Shown one piece after another: positions 1-10,586 of a DNA stretch of 64,000 nucleotides. Within the stretch, counting starts at the first letter, position 1, and each line of letters opens with the position of its first letter. The DNA comes from an uncultured Nitrospiraceae bacterium (lineage in GTDB: Bacteria > Nitrospirota > Thermodesulfovibrionia > Thermodesulfovibrionales > SM23-35). A program made the translations under genes and the position numbers. The stretch is taken from assembly GCA_963727775.1 (NCBI GenBank), contig CAVSHB010000002.1, forward strand, positions 512,001-576,000, given 5' to 3'. The notes below the pieces were generated by a model, which was not told the origin of the DNA, ran no database searches, and saw nothing but the letters and a program-made list of their open reading frames with translations.

Positions 1-122
1 GTGAGGTCTTGTTTTATTATCGCCCCATTAGTATTTATGTAGGTTCTATTATTTCTGCGGCAACCTTTATTGCCTGGTTTGGTTTTTTTATGATTTCGAG
101 GAGAAAGGCTAAACTCCGCTAA
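1..122 (+). CDS. Partial CDS (3' end), YfhO-like membrane glycosyltransferase C-terminus
   Basis: Frame from base 3 reads EVLFYYRPISIYVGSIISAATFIAWFGFFMISRRKAKLR* (TAA 120-122); the V-x-F-x-Y-x-P-x-S...G..IS + final TM helix + basic tail pattern resembles YfhO C-termini; glycan locus context. Not in ORF track. Confidence 0.55.
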   Translation, partial: EVLFYYRPISIYVGSIISAATFIAWFGFFMISRRKAKLR

Positions 123-155
123 TACCAGGATGGGCGGTCTCTGTATGAAATTGGA

Positions 156-1277
156 TTGAATGAAATAGGGATGAAGGAAAAAGAAGGACACAGAAAGATG
201 TCGGATGATTCGAGGAGATTCCTGAATGTCTTTATGGACCAGAACAACAAGTGTAATCTGAGATGCATAATGTGCGGATTCAGTGATCCCAGGGTGAGAA
301 GGGTGCGCAAATATGACATGCCCTTTTGGCTTTTTGAAAAGATTGCAAGGGAGGTTTTTCCTTCTGCGAAATACCTTGCGCTTTCATGTCTTACCGAACC
401 CCTCATGACCAGGGATTTCCCTCAGCGACTGGACCTGTTGAAGACATATACTGTCCCGTTTACTGAAATAATAACGAACGGTACATTGCTCACTGGATCC
501 GTCATAGCGAAGATGATCGATGCGCGTATTTCGAGGGTCGCAATATCATTGGACGGCGCCACTCCTATTATCTATGAATCTATTCGTCATGGGGCTAAGT
601 TTGATAAGGTGATCAATAATATCAGAATGTTGAATTCAATAAAGAAGGAGAAGAAATCGGACTTGCCCGGCCTTCGCATTAACCATGTGCTATCGGATTT
701 GAACATAGATGGATTTGACTTATTTCTCGACCTGGCGGAATCTCTCGAAGTCCATGCAATAGATGTGCGCACGATATCGCCGTTTCGGAATGTCAAGTAT
801 CGGAAAAAGGAAAATAAATCATTTTTCCAAAAAATAGAGCGCATCAGGGAGAAATTGCGGTACTGGACGCAAAAAAACGGGGTCGAAGATGTGGGATATT
901 TGAGACCCCGGGCTGAAGAGATCCAGTTGAAAGACGAAGCAGGCGAAAAGGTGACGTGCCGGCGTCCGTGGGATACTGTGGCTATCCATCCTAATGGAGA
1001 TGTATTTCCATGCGTAACGTGGTCCCGACAGGGGGGAGGCAATATATCCGAAAAGAGTTTTGAAGAGATATGGAATAGCTCTGCCTTTGGCGCGATACGA
1101 AGAGAGTTCGAAGAACGAAAACCCGGAATCGACTGTTTATATTGCACAATAAGGGAAAAAGACGGTGAGAGCGAAGACGATTGTTTCTTCACTATGTTAA
1201 ACAAACGCCCGCCCAAACGGCCCATACGTGAATCTCTCGCCGAATTAATCAGGGGAATGCTTCGAGCGCATAGATAA
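156..1277 (+). CDS. Radical SAM protein with SPASM/twitch domain
   Basis: CNLRCIMC (CxxxCxxC), ITNG, ISLDGA; C-terminal CRRPW...GDVFPC...GNI...EIWNS...CLYC. True start may be a downstream Met. Confidence 0.9.
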   Translation: MNEIGMKEKEGHRKMSDDSRRFLNVFMDQNNKCNLRCIMCGFSDPRVRRVRKYDMPFWLFEKIAREVFPSAKYLALSCLTEPLMTRDFPQRLDLLKTYTVPFTEIITNGTLLTGSVIAKMIDARISRVAISLDGATPIIYESIRHGAKFDKVINNIRMLNSIKKEKKSDLPGLRINHVLSDLNIDGFDLFLDLAESLEVHAIDVRTISPFRNVKYRKKENKSFFQKIERIREKLRYWTQKNGVEDVGYLRPRAEEIQLKDEAGEKVTCRRPWDTVAIHPNGDVFPCVTWSRQGGGNISEKSFEEIWNSSAFGAIRREFEERKPGIDCLYCTIREKDGESEDDCFFTMLNKRPPKRPIRESLAELIRGMLRAHR

Positions 1278-1464
1278 GCGAATAGAATTTAGTATTCACG
1301 GAGATAGCAAAAATGGCGACGATAAGGGAGCTGCGCAGATTACAATACTATTTTATCGATTTACCCTTGTGGACATATGGATACAGAAGCCATGCGATAG
1401 AACGACGCCGGAAGCTGTTTAACCCCGCCGAGCATTTGAGCGAACCTTTAGATCCGGTCCTAAA

Positions 1465-2538
1465 ATGATCTCGGTTGTGATCGTAAATTACCATTCTGTA
1501 AGACAGACAGAAAGGGCCATTAAGTCCCTTTTGCAGGGCGGGGTGGAAAGAGAAATCATCGTTGTCGATAACAGCTGCACAACCGGCGAGAGGGAAGTTC
1601 TTGATGAGATGCGGAGGTCGTACGGATTCAGTCTTATCTGCAACGACGAGAATCTTGGGTTTGCGAGAGCATGCAATCAGGCATATGCCCGCTCGCGGGG
1701 AAAGTATATCTTTCTCCTGAATCCGGATGCATTTGTCATACCCTCTTGCCTTGGCATATTGAGAGACTTCCTTGAGAATACGCCGACTGCCGGCTCGGCA
1801 TCTCCCCAAGTTTACTGGGATGACGAAATGCGATACTTTTTCCCCCATTACACTCTTCCGTCCCCGTCAATGGATCTTTGCGTGCGGCTGTCGTCCCTCT
1901 CCCGGATGTTCAGGACCATTTATTCGCTCTCCGAAAGACGGAGGAACCTTGAACTCTGGAAATCTTCAATTCCTGTTAGGGTAAAAAATCTCCATGGCGG
2001 AGTTGTCATGGTAAGAAGGGTTGCGACGGAACAATCCGGTGGACTCTTTGATGAGAGGTTTTTCTTGTTCTATGAAGATACCGATCTTTTTTTCCGACTG
2101 AGAAAGAGAGGGTACAGCCTTTACACTGTTCCTGAAGCAAAGGCGGTGCACAATTACAGCCACAGCGGGAAGAAGCTGGAGATCATGTCCCGTACGGCAC
2201 GTCTTTACTATGAAAAACATTTCAGCAGAAGCCTTCTTTTGAGGATCATGTCTTTCTTCCCCGAGGGGTCTCCTGAAGGCCCATGTCACGATTATGGGAT
2301 ATGGAATACCCCGCCGACATTCCCTGTCCCCAAAGCATTCCAGGACGGGTATCTCTTCGAGTGGAGCCCCAACCCATTATTTGTCCCTTCAATCGGCTGC
2401 TTCGGCAAAGGGGGAGAATTTACCCTTTCACGGCAGGTCTGGGATCTGCTTGATGACGGCAGGTATTTCAGTCGCTTTTCGCCTCCATCAAAGAGGATTG
2501 GGAAATATATAACAGGCTATTTGGAGAAGAGAGTATGA
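1465..2538 (+). CDS. Glycosyltransferase family 2
   Basis: ISVVIVNY, VVDNS, NLGFARACN, LLNPD, FLFYEDTD motifs. Confidence 0.9.
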   Translation: MISVVIVNYHSVRQTERAIKSLLQGGVEREIIVVDNSCTTGEREVLDEMRRSYGFSLICNDENLGFARACNQAYARSRGKYIFLLNPDAFVIPSCLGILRDFLENTPTAGSASPQVYWDDEMRYFFPHYTLPSPSMDLCVRLSSLSRMFRTIYSLSERRRNLELWKSSIPVRVKNLHGGVVMVRRVATEQSGGLFDERFFLFYEDTDLFFRLRKRGYSLYTVPEAKAVHNYSHSGKKLEIMSRTARLYYEKHFSRSLLLRIMSFFPEGSPEGPCHDYGIWNTPPTFPVPKAFQDGYLFEWSPNPLFVPSIGCFGKGGEFTLSRQVWDLLDDGRYFSRFSPPSKRIGKYITGYLEKRV

Positions 2539-3545
2539 ATTTCACTATTCGGAACTACCATCCCGGAGATGAAGATAAGATCATTGCAATGTTCAATGAG
2601 GTCTTCGGACAGAAGCGCGATCTCGCGTACTGGTACTGGAAATATAGAGACAATCCGTACGGATCTTACCGGATCAGCCTTGCTGTCTCGGAAGACGGTA
2701 AGCTCGGAGCCCACGGCGCCGGTTACCCAGTGAAGATTTATTCCTTTGTTCCCTCTGAAAAGCCTATGGAGATGAATACGTATCAGCTCGGCGACAAAAT
2801 GACGAGGAAAGCGTATCGGTCCGTTGGATTTGGGAAAAGCGCGTTAATCGCGCGTGTCTACGCTCAGTTCAGGGAATCATATGTGAATGATACTGTTCCT
2901 TTCTGTTATGCGTTCGTAGCGCATCATAGTTTGCGCTTTGGTTTGAAGGTCCTGCAGTATATGGATATGGAGCCTGTTCCCTACAGAAAAATCTCTCTCA
3001 GCCATTTGAAGAAATCGACCGGAGGCTGGCTAAAAAGAATCTTCTCACCGGCAAGAGTTATGGAGGCGTCCTCGATAGGAGCTCACTGGACGGATTTCTT
3101 CTATTCCGTTGCAGCCGACTACCAATGTCTTGTCAAGAGAGATGCTCCTTATCTTACCTGGCGGTATCTCGATAGGCCTGACAGGAAGTATCTTATTCTT
3201 TCGGTCAAGATAGGGTCTGCGCTTACGGGATGGGCAGTGTTTTTCAGAGAAGGCAAAAAACTGATTTGGGGAGATGCGCTCTTTAGGAAAGGAGATTCAG
3301 GATCCGTCAAAGCCATCCTTAACCACGTCTCCACTCATAAGGCTGCTCGCGGCGCAGATACTGTTGAATGCTGGTTTCCTCCGAGACCTCACTGGTGGGA
3401 TGGCATACTGGAAGAACTTGGTTTTAATAAAGAAGTTGAACCTAACAACATCCATTTCACCGTTCCCATGTATCATGATTCGCGGTCAGTTGAGATGATT
3501 AGAAAATATTTTTATTACACGGTCGGGGACAGCGACCTTTTTTAA
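2535..3545 (+). CDS. GNAT-family N-acyltransferase
   Basis: N-terminal IRNYHPGDE, WYWKYRDNP, YR-x-x-G-x-G acetyl-CoA loop, YLTWRY; 4-bp overlap with the GT2. Confidence 0.7.
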   Translation: MNFTIRNYHPGDEDKIIAMFNEVFGQKRDLAYWYWKYRDNPYGSYRISLAVSEDGKLGAHGAGYPVKIYSFVPSEKPMEMNTYQLGDKMTRKAYRSVGFGKSALIARVYAQFRESYVNDTVPFCYAFVAHHSLRFGLKVLQYMDMEPVPYRKISLSHLKKSTGGWLKRIFSPARVMEASSIGAHWTDFFYSVAADYQCLVKRDAPYLTWRYLDRPDRKYLILSVKIGSALTGWAVFFREGKKLIWGDALFRKGDSGSVKAILNHVSTHKAARGADTVECWFPPRPHWWDGILEELGFNKEVEPNNIHFTVPMYHDSRSVEMIRKYFYYTVGDSDLF

Positions 3546-3568
3546 TAAGGAAGATCGTTGAGAAGTTC

Positions 3569-5218
3569 TTAATCCTCATAATGACTGAACTCTATTTTCT
3601 GATTGCCGGGAATCTTCAGGACGAATTCGGGAGAGGTGACAGCCTCTCCTCTCTGTGAATGATAGAAGATTTTGATATAGACTATATCCGGCTCATCTTG
3701 ATTCACTTTGCCCAGCATAATCGAACCGTTAGGTCTCAGCACTGATTGATTATAATAAAGACCGCTCACTGGTCCGCGCAATACGGTATACAAAATGTGT
3801 TTGTCGGGGCCAAAATCCCAGGCGAGTTTATAGTCATCAACGATTATTCTGACCGAAAAAGGGCCTTGTTTAAACTTCTCCTGGGACGCCCGTATTTCTT
3901 TGTAGGGAATGTCAATGCCCGATTCTCTTATCTCTTTTAATTTTTCGGGAGCAGCATAATTAAGAAAGTTTGCCGGAGGGACAATGCGAGTTCTTATTTC
4001 CTTCCCGAAGAATTCGCGGTTTATCTTTTGAAGACTTTCATAAAACCAGAGTGGCTGTTCAGCACACATATATTTTTTCTCCGAAGCGACAAAGACAGCC
4101 CCTGTTTCTTTTGCTGCAAGTCTCTCGCTATGAATGGCGGACAAGAGCCGCGAATCCTGCCTGATGAATATCGCAAGAATAATGAGGTATGTCAAGAAAA
4201 GAGCGCCTTTGCATACCTTCATGTCCTTAACGGCCGGCAGCTCCATAAGAACGCAGACAGCGCAAATCAGGAAGACAGCTATGTGGAAAAAGTATCTACC
4301 GCTATAATAAGATTCATCCATTATGTTTGTGACCGGCAGTATAGGAAGGCTGAGAATTAGGAAGATGAGGAGCATTCTTCTGTACTTAAGAGAAAGGACA
4401 AAAGCGATGAAGAGGAAAACGTACAAGAAGATATAATAATCTCCAAACCAATGCGAAGAGAAGAAGCTGATCACCTTATAGAAAAGCGGCAACATTACGC
4501 TGAGATTAATGGACTCATTGCTCGGATAGCCCCCGATACCACCCATAATCCATACCCTCCAAGCCGTATAAAGCGCTAAGCCGAGCCAGAAGGGAAGGGT
4601 GTATTTAAGGCGTTTCAACATAGCCCCTGTTGAAAGCAGAATAGCGACCGCAGGAAGCACTACATAGACCTCCTTATTCAATGAGGCAAGGATATAGCAA
4701 ATGCCTGAAGCAACCGAAATCCTTTTCTTTCGCTCTCCCGTGACAAAAAAGGTGAGGCCGAGTAACGCCCAGAAAAGGCCTTCAAGGTAATGACGTGTAG
4801 AAAACCAGCTTGTAATGGTAAGGGTAATCGGGCTCAACAAGAAAAGCAAGACGCCGAAGAGCGCCGGGTTCCTCTGCACATAAAGCCTCAGGAAAAAATA
4901 CAATGCCACCGATGCTGCGACTAAAGAGAGCAGGCTGTGAATCGAATATCCGGTTGGATTTATTTTGAAAAGCATCCAGTCGATTCTGAAAGAAGCGCCG
5001 AGCATCGGTGTGAAATTGCTCGCCATTGACCTGTATCCCTCGGGGACGAAGAATATTTCCGTGAATCGGTGTGTCGCAGACGACCAAATCCATTGGATAT
5101 CGTCGGAGAAAAACCAGTTTTTCGTAAGCGGAAAGTAGAAAAGCATCAGAGTGACGGAAATCGCAATAAACAACATCGCTCTGACAAGTATTTCTCTTCT
5201 GGAAATTATTGGATCCAT
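3569..5218 (-). CDS. Polytopic membrane protein, putative GT-C glycosyltransferase
   Basis: Many TM segments, WFFSDD di-acidic motif after TM1, NKE motif, GRY, soluble C-terminal domain. Confidence 0.55.
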   Translation of the reverse strand: MDPIISRREILVRAMLFIAISVTLMLFYFPLTKNWFFSDDIQWIWSSATHRFTEIFFVPEGYRSMASNFTPMLGASFRIDWMLFKINPTGYSIHSLLSLVAASVALYFFLRLYVQRNPALFGVLLFLLSPITLTITSWFSTRHYLEGLFWALLGLTFFVTGERKKRISVASGICYILASLNKEVYVVLPAVAILLSTGAMLKRLKYTLPFWLGLALYTAWRVWIMGGIGGYPSNESINLSVMLPLFYKVISFFSSHWFGDYYIFLYVFLFIAFVLSLKYRRMLLIFLILSLPILPVTNIMDESYYSGRYFFHIAVFLICAVCVLMELPAVKDMKVCKGALFLTYLIILAIFIRQDSRLLSAIHSERLAAKETGAVFVASEKKYMCAEQPLWFYESLQKINREFFGKEIRTRIVPPANFLNYAAPEKLKEIRESGIDIPYKEIRASQEKFKQGPFSVRIIVDDYKLAWDFGPDKHILYTVLRGPVSGLYYNQSVLRPNGSIMLGKVNQDEPDIVYIKIFYHSQRGEAVTSPEFVLKIPGNQKIEFSHYED

Positions 5219-5399
5219 GTTATTGTTATACTGTAAGAACCGCCGGGAAGGATTTTCTATTCAAAGTCCCATCTTTTATAAATCTGATAATAGGTGTCGA
5301 TACTTTTCACCTTCTCATAGTTAGCCGACAGTTGGTTATCGAGGACAGTCTTGAAGTTTTCAAGGTGCTTCGGCCTGAGAAGCCTTTCAGTCTTATTCT

Positions 5400-6449
5400 T
5401 CATGCGCTCGAAGGTGTAGCGCCAGATTTAATCTTTTCGCAGGCGGCGATAAGTCTCTTCCCCACGTTCTCTTTAGTAAATTTTCCGGCAACCTCCAATC
5501 CCCGCCGCGCAAGTCTCTCTCGCAAGGGCCTGTTTCGCATTAGTTCGCCGATCGCCTCGGCGAGGGCGTCACTATCAGAAGGCTCGACGAACAGAGCGTA
5601 GTCCTGGGGCTCGTCAAAGGAAGTGTGGGAGGATATCCTGCTCAGTATGGTTGGTACTCTACAGCCTATCGCTTCCAGAGCAGGCAATCCAAACCCTTCT
5701 TCCTCTTTTGACATCGAGACGAGGATATCTGCATTCCTGTAAATTTCACCCATGGCAAGATACGGCACGTGGAAATGATATACGCTAGGTTTTATGATCT
5801 TTATTTCGTCATCCGAAAGGGGGAATTGAGAGACCCTTATGAGGTTGAGCGGAATGGAAAGACGAAGTCTGGCTATCGAGATCCCCTTGAGAGTTGTTCG
5901 GATATTTTTTACATCAGCCTCAAATGGGCCTATTACCAATACATTCGGGACATCGGGGTCACTGGGGGGACGTTTTTCTTTCGGTGGGTAAAAGATATCC
6001 CTGTTCACCATCTGGCCTACGTAATAGGTCTCTGCAGTGAATCTCTCCACAAGGAATTTGTTTATATGGGGTGAGACCGTGAGTTTTGGGATTCTATAGG
6101 AGTAGACTTCATCTATGGCTGCTTTAAAAGGGTGCAACTCTTTAAAAGCTCCTTCATATCCCTGGCACAGATGAATCACTATCCCCTTTTTCGCCTCATG
6201 GGCAGCCTTTACCGTCGGCCAGTAAGTTCCAACAACGATGTCGGATTCGGGTATAGTGGAAGCATCGAAATGAGGTACTTGTTTAACCCGTATTCTGAGG
6301 GGATACCAAGTCGGCCCTTTATCTTTTGAGAGAATGAGCACTTCGTAGCCCGCGTCGGAGAGGAGTTCGGCCTGTTCAAGGGCAACCTTGGTGCCGCCCC
6401 ATAGTTCGGTACTTTCAAGGAGATACGTTATCCTCAGCGGCGAGGACAT
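5400..6449 (-). CDS. Glycosyltransferase family 4
   Basis: GG-x-K N-terminal motif and EEEGFGLPALEA signature. Confidence 0.9.
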   Translation of the reverse strand: MSSPLRITYLLESTELWGGTKVALEQAELLSDAGYEVLILSKDKGPTWYPLRIRVKQVPHFDASTIPESDIVVGTYWPTVKAAHEAKKGIVIHLCQGYEGAFKELHPFKAAIDEVYSYRIPKLTVSPHINKFLVERFTAETYYVGQMVNRDIFYPPKEKRPPSDPDVPNVLVIGPFEADVKNIRTTLKGISIARLRLSIPLNLIRVSQFPLSDDEIKIIKPSVYHFHVPYLAMGEIYRNADILVSMSKEEEGFGLPALEAIGCRVPTILSRISSHTSFDEPQDYALFVEPSDSDALAEAIGELMRNRPLRERLARRGLEVAGKFTKENVGKRLIAACEKIKSGATPSSA

Positions 6450-7636
6450 CAGAACGGTTTCATCTGTTTGGCGACGACGTAATAGCCGTGGTAGAAAATA
6501 TCCTCGCTGATGTTTTCCAATCTTATGTATTTCTTCAGCATAGTCGATACCTGCTCTTTGAGGTGCAATGGAAAATCCTGAGGCCTCATTTCCTCTATAA
6601 AATATCCACTTTTAGTAAACATGTTCTCTATGGATGCCCTCGTAAAGAATCTTATGTGAGAGATGCATAGAAGTCCGAAGGGCACGTAATCCCATCTTCC
6701 TCTGAGGAGATCCAGGATTATCGAATAATGTCCGGTATTCGGAATAGAGGCAATTACAATTCCATCGGGCTTGAGCCATTTTCGGGCATTTTTCAGAACG
6801 CGCCAAGGGTCAAACAGATGTTCTATTATGTCGGCAAATATGATGACGTCCAGGTCTCCGTCAAACGGGAGGTCTGACTTCTCTATATCGACGCAGAAGA
6901 CTTTGTCGAGCTTTTCCATAGCAATCCGGGCCGCGTTCTTGTTGATTTCTGCACCGAAAACTTTGCACCCTCGCTCCTTCTTGATTAATTCTCCCGTTAG
7001 CCCTTTTGCGCAGCCGACATCAAGGACTTTTCCTATGCCATGCGGAATTAAAGGTAAGATGTCATCTCTTCGGAATGCGAAGTAGTCGCCGAATCTGTGC
7101 ACGAGGGATGAAGGCACAAGGGCGCTTTTCAAAAGAACGGGGATTTCGTCAAGCTTAGCTTCAAGCGGGAGCTTGAGAAGACTTTCAGTGCGCAGTACGT
7201 AAGCCAGGGGAGGGATCTTGGAATTGCGCACATAGGAGCCCGCATGTTTTTCCATCATCAGGGCCGCCACGTCGTTGAAGGTCAGGGGAGAAAAATACGG
7301 CATGTCCACTTCAAAGACGTCGCCGCAGACAGGCGAAACGAGCTCAAACTCTCTCTCCAAAGCCTCTTTTAAAGGTTTCAGCCAGTTTTCTGAGTAACAA
7401 ACCGTGTCATTCAGGGAAATGGCGACAAGAGGAGAATCGGACTTCTCCAGGATCTTCTTAATGGTTGTGTTTCCGGGTTTTTCTGAGACAATGGTTATGG
7501 GAGAATGATCGGGACAGAACGTCTCCCTTGACACCTTTTTGAGCAGTACCTCTTCCATTGAGGTCTCGGCGAGCGGCTTTTCCAAATAAATAAAGGTGAC
7601 CTCATCCCCTGCTGATCTCGTCATAATGTCAGACAA
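6449..7636 (-). CDS. Class I SAM-dependent methyltransferase with a degenerate GT2-like N-terminal region
   Basis: VLDVGCAKG, DIIEHLFDP, LKPDG, HIRFFT. Confidence 0.85.
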   Translation of the reverse strand: MSDIMTRSAGDEVTFIYLEKPLAETSMEEVLLKKVSRETFCPDHSPITIVSEKPGNTTIKKILEKSDSPLVAISLNDTVCYSENWLKPLKEALEREFELVSPVCGDVFEVDMPYFSPLTFNDVAALMMEKHAGSYVRNSKIPPLAYVLRTESLLKLPLEAKLDEIPVLLKSALVPSSLVHRFGDYFAFRRDDILPLIPHGIGKVLDVGCAKGLTGELIKKERGCKVFGAEINKNAARIAMEKLDKVFCVDIEKSDLPFDGDLDVIIFADIIEHLFDPWRVLKNARKWLKPDGIVIASIPNTGHYSIILDLLRGRWDYVPFGLLCISHIRFFTRASIENMFTKSGYFIEEMRPQDFPLHLKEQVSTMLKKYIRLENISEDIFYHGYYVVAKQMKPF

Positions 7637-7948
7637 ATATTTTCTTATCCGTTATTCCAGACAGACAAACTCATGATTGCGCATATTTTTTAGTATATCA
7701 CATGAAGGCAAACCATTGCCTACAGAGAACTCTTCGAAAGGACGAGATTCTTGGGTCTGTCAGCGGTCTTTACCGGGGCTTAAAGAGCCGTTGACATCAG
7801 GGGGAACCGACCTCGGTGACGGATTTCCCCGGACATGATCGGCAGGCTGTTTTCGCGAAAGCACAATATAGCGAGGTTGCCACGCAATTTGAAGATATGT
7901 TAAAACATACTGTAGAGAATTCTGAAGAGGGGAAAGCCAGAAGCAATT

Positions 7949-10576
7949 ATGAGTGGGAAGCGATCCATTAAACGAGAAGAAGAAAAAGGCAACATTTCAG
8001 GTAATAAGACTAATAATACGAATCTCTTTCCTGTTGTTCTCCTTTCGGGCTTAGTTCTCTTAACCTTTCTTGCTTATATAAGATCCCTCCATGCCCCTTT
8101 GTTCTTTGACGACCTCATATATATCAGGCCTTTGATGTTGAAAAGTATTATGCATAGCCTGTCGTTAAGTGTCCGTTCTGTTTCCGTGCTATCTTTTGCG
8201 CTGAACTACCACTTTTGGGGTATGAATCTTGTTGCGTTTAGGATTACGAACCTAATCTTTCATATTTCTTCTGCCCTTTCGGCCTCTTATCTGACCTATA
8301 TCACTTTAACCCTTCCCTCTGTGAGGGATATAAATAAGAAGTTTGGAGAGGGGGAAACCCCTCTGTATATAGCTCTTCTTGTTGCAACGCTCTTCTTGCT
8401 TCACCCTATACAGACTTCGACGGTGAATTATATCACTCAAAGAATGGCCATAATGGCCGCCATGTTTTCCTTTGTCGGCCTTATTTTCTATATAAAAGGG
8501 GTTACCAACAGAGGGAAGAAGTTCATGCTTTTTTATAGTCTCTCAGCCCTTTCATTTGTTCTCGCCATATTTTCGAAGGAAAACGCGACGATGGTTCTTC
8601 TTATGCTTCCGGTTTTTGACCTCTTTTTCCTTTCATCATTCCGGTGGTCGGAATTCAGAAAGAGGTTTATCACGCTGTCGGTCCTTCTAATATCCATGGC
8701 GTTGATCGTGACCTTCAGGCTGGGGGCGACCGGATTCATAGAAAAGATTATCGCCGTTCTCTCAAACCCAAATCGCCCGATGGAAGGATACGGATGGTCA
8801 GGGATGGGCATCAACTGGACCCCTATTGAATATCTGTTGACTGAATTAAGGGTGGTCTCAAGATATATCTTTCTCGTCCTAATCCCCGTCCCCTCATTTA
8901 TGACATTTGATTATTCCAATGCTTATCCTCTATCAAAGAGTCTGCTGAATCCTGTTACGACGCTGGTCTCCTTCTTTTTCCTCGCGTCGCTTTTGTTTTT
9001 GTCCCTGAGATACAGGAAGAAGATCCCCTTTATTTCTTTCGGGATATTGTGGTATCTGGTGACTATTTCACTCGAGAGTTTCATAGCGCTCGGACTGGAC
9101 CCATACTTTGAACATAGAAACTATCTGCCGAGTTACGGGCTTTTTCTTGCTTTGGCTACCCTTCTGTCGTATGTGGATAAGCCATGGATCAAAATAAGTA
9201 AAGAGAAGATCATCCTGTTTGCGGTGGTTTCTTTGTTTGTTCTGACTTTTGTGAGGAATGGTGTATGGAGGGAAGGAAGGCTCCTCTGGGAAGAAGCGGT
9301 TGAGAAAGCGCCAAACAATGTGAGGGCCCGTGTTAATCTGGGAGTTGCTTATGTGGATAATGGTCTGATAGACAAAGCGCTCGAACAATACCAGACTGTT
9401 TTAAAAATGCAGCCGGATAACCCGGAGGCCCATCTCAACCTGGGAGAGGTCTTTTTCAGGAAGGGTTTGGTAGATGAGGCGATTGAGGAATATCAAAAAG
9501 CCCTGAACTCAGCTCAACAGGTTCGTGCCCTTCATAAAACGGACACCTTGATAGAGAGAACCAATTCCGACATCTATTATAACCTGGGAACGGCTTTTCA
9601 AAAGAAAGGCTTGACGGATAAGGCTATTGAGCAGTATCAGACTGCCTTGAAAATAAGACCTGATTTTGCCGAAGCCTATGTAAATCTTGGAATTATTTAT
9701 GGGGAGCTGGGTTCCATGGATAAAGCGATGGAACATTTTCGGGCCGCTGTGCAACTGGATCCCGATTTTGCGAAGGCACATTATAATCTGGGAACCGCCT
9801 TGCATAAAAAAGGATTGGTGGAAGCAGCCGTTGAACAATATCGGATTGCTTTAAAGTTGTATCCCAAATACGCTGAGGCCCACAGCAATCTGGGCTCTGC
9901 TTATAGGGATCTGGGCTGGACCGATAAAGCGATAGAACATTTTCAGACCGCTATAAGATTAAAGCCCGATTTTGCTAATGCCCATGCAAACCTTGGGGCT
10001 GTTTTTTTTGAGAAAGGGTTAATAGATAAGGCAATTGAAGAGGACCAGGCCGCTTTAAAATTACAACCTGATCTCGTAGAAACGCGCAAGGAATTGGGGA
10101 ACGCCTTTTATAAGAAAGGGTTGATGGACAGGGCAATTGAGCAGTACCAAATTGCTTTAAAATTACAACCTGATCTCGTAGAAATGCACAAGAAACTGGG
10201 GAACACCTTTTATAAGAAAGGGTTGATGGACAGGGCAATTGAGCAGTACCAAATTGCTTTAAAATTACAACCCGATTCAGGTGAGATGCATTATAATTTG
10301 GGTGTCGCTTTTTATAATAAGAGGTTGATGAATAAGGCTATCGAACAGTATCAAATTGCCCTGAAATTAAAACCCGATTTTGCTCAAGCCCATAATAACC
10401 TTGGGAGCGCCTATGTTGAGTCAGGTTCGATAGACAAAGCGATTGAGCATTATCAGACAGCCATGAAATTAGATCCGTCCAATCCGCTTTTCCGCGATAA
10501 CTTGGCTAAAGCCTACGGAATGAAGAACTCAGTCGGCAAGGCTGGAGGCAGTTCAGGGAATTCGAAGAAGAAATGA
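7949..10576 (+). CDS. TMTC-like membrane protein (putative protein O-glycosyltransferase) with C-terminal TPR array
   Basis: FFDD, LHPIQT, SKE and EHRNYLPS motifs in the TM region, followed by about 11 TPR repeats. Confidence 0.8.
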   Translation: MSGKRSIKREEEKGNISGNKTNNTNLFPVVLLSGLVLLTFLAYIRSLHAPLFFDDLIYIRPLMLKSIMHSLSLSVRSVSVLSFALNYHFWGMNLVAFRITNLIFHISSALSASYLTYITLTLPSVRDINKKFGEGETPLYIALLVATLFLLHPIQTSTVNYITQRMAIMAAMFSFVGLIFYIKGVTNRGKKFMLFYSLSALSFVLAIFSKENATMVLLMLPVFDLFFLSSFRWSEFRKRFITLSVLLISMALIVTFRLGATGFIEKIIAVLSNPNRPMEGYGWSGMGINWTPIEYLLTELRVVSRYIFLVLIPVPSFMTFDYSNAYPLSKSLLNPVTTLVSFFFLASLLFLSLRYRKKIPFISFGILWYLVTISLESFIALGLDPYFEHRNYLPSYGLFLALATLLSYVDKPWIKISKEKIILFAVVSLFVLTFVRNGVWREGRLLWEEAVEKAPNNVRARVNLGVAYVDNGLIDKALEQYQTVLKMQPDNPEAHLNLGEVFFRKGLVDEAIEEYQKALNSAQQVRALHKTDTLIERTNSDIYYNLGTAFQKKGLTDKAIEQYQTALKIRPDFAEAYVNLGIIYGELGSMDKAMEHFRAAVQLDPDFAKAHYNLGTALHKKGLVEAAVEQYRIALKLYPKYAEAHSNLGSAYRDLGWTDKAIEHFQTAIRLKPDFANAHANLGAVFFEKGLIDKAIEEDQAALKLQPDLVETRKELGNAFYKKGLMDRAIEQYQIALKLQPDLVEMHKKLGNTFYKKGLMDRAIEQYQIALKLQPDSGEMHYNLGVAFYNKRLMNKAIEQYQIALKLKPDFAQAHNNLGSAYVESGSIDKAIEHYQTAMKLDPSNPLFRDNLAKAYGMKNSVGKAGGSSGNSKKK
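10052..10277 (+). repeat. Near-identical 102-bp tandem duplication encoding TPR units
   Basis: gctttaaaattacaacc begins at 10052, 10154 and 10256; the first two units differ at only a few bases. Confidence 0.9.
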
Positions 10577-10586
10577 GACTTATCGA

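Noticed and set aside
10052..10277. Direct repeats as a CRISPR array
   Set aside because: Contiguous in-frame 102-bp units with no spacers, inside a TPR coding region; no cas genes seen
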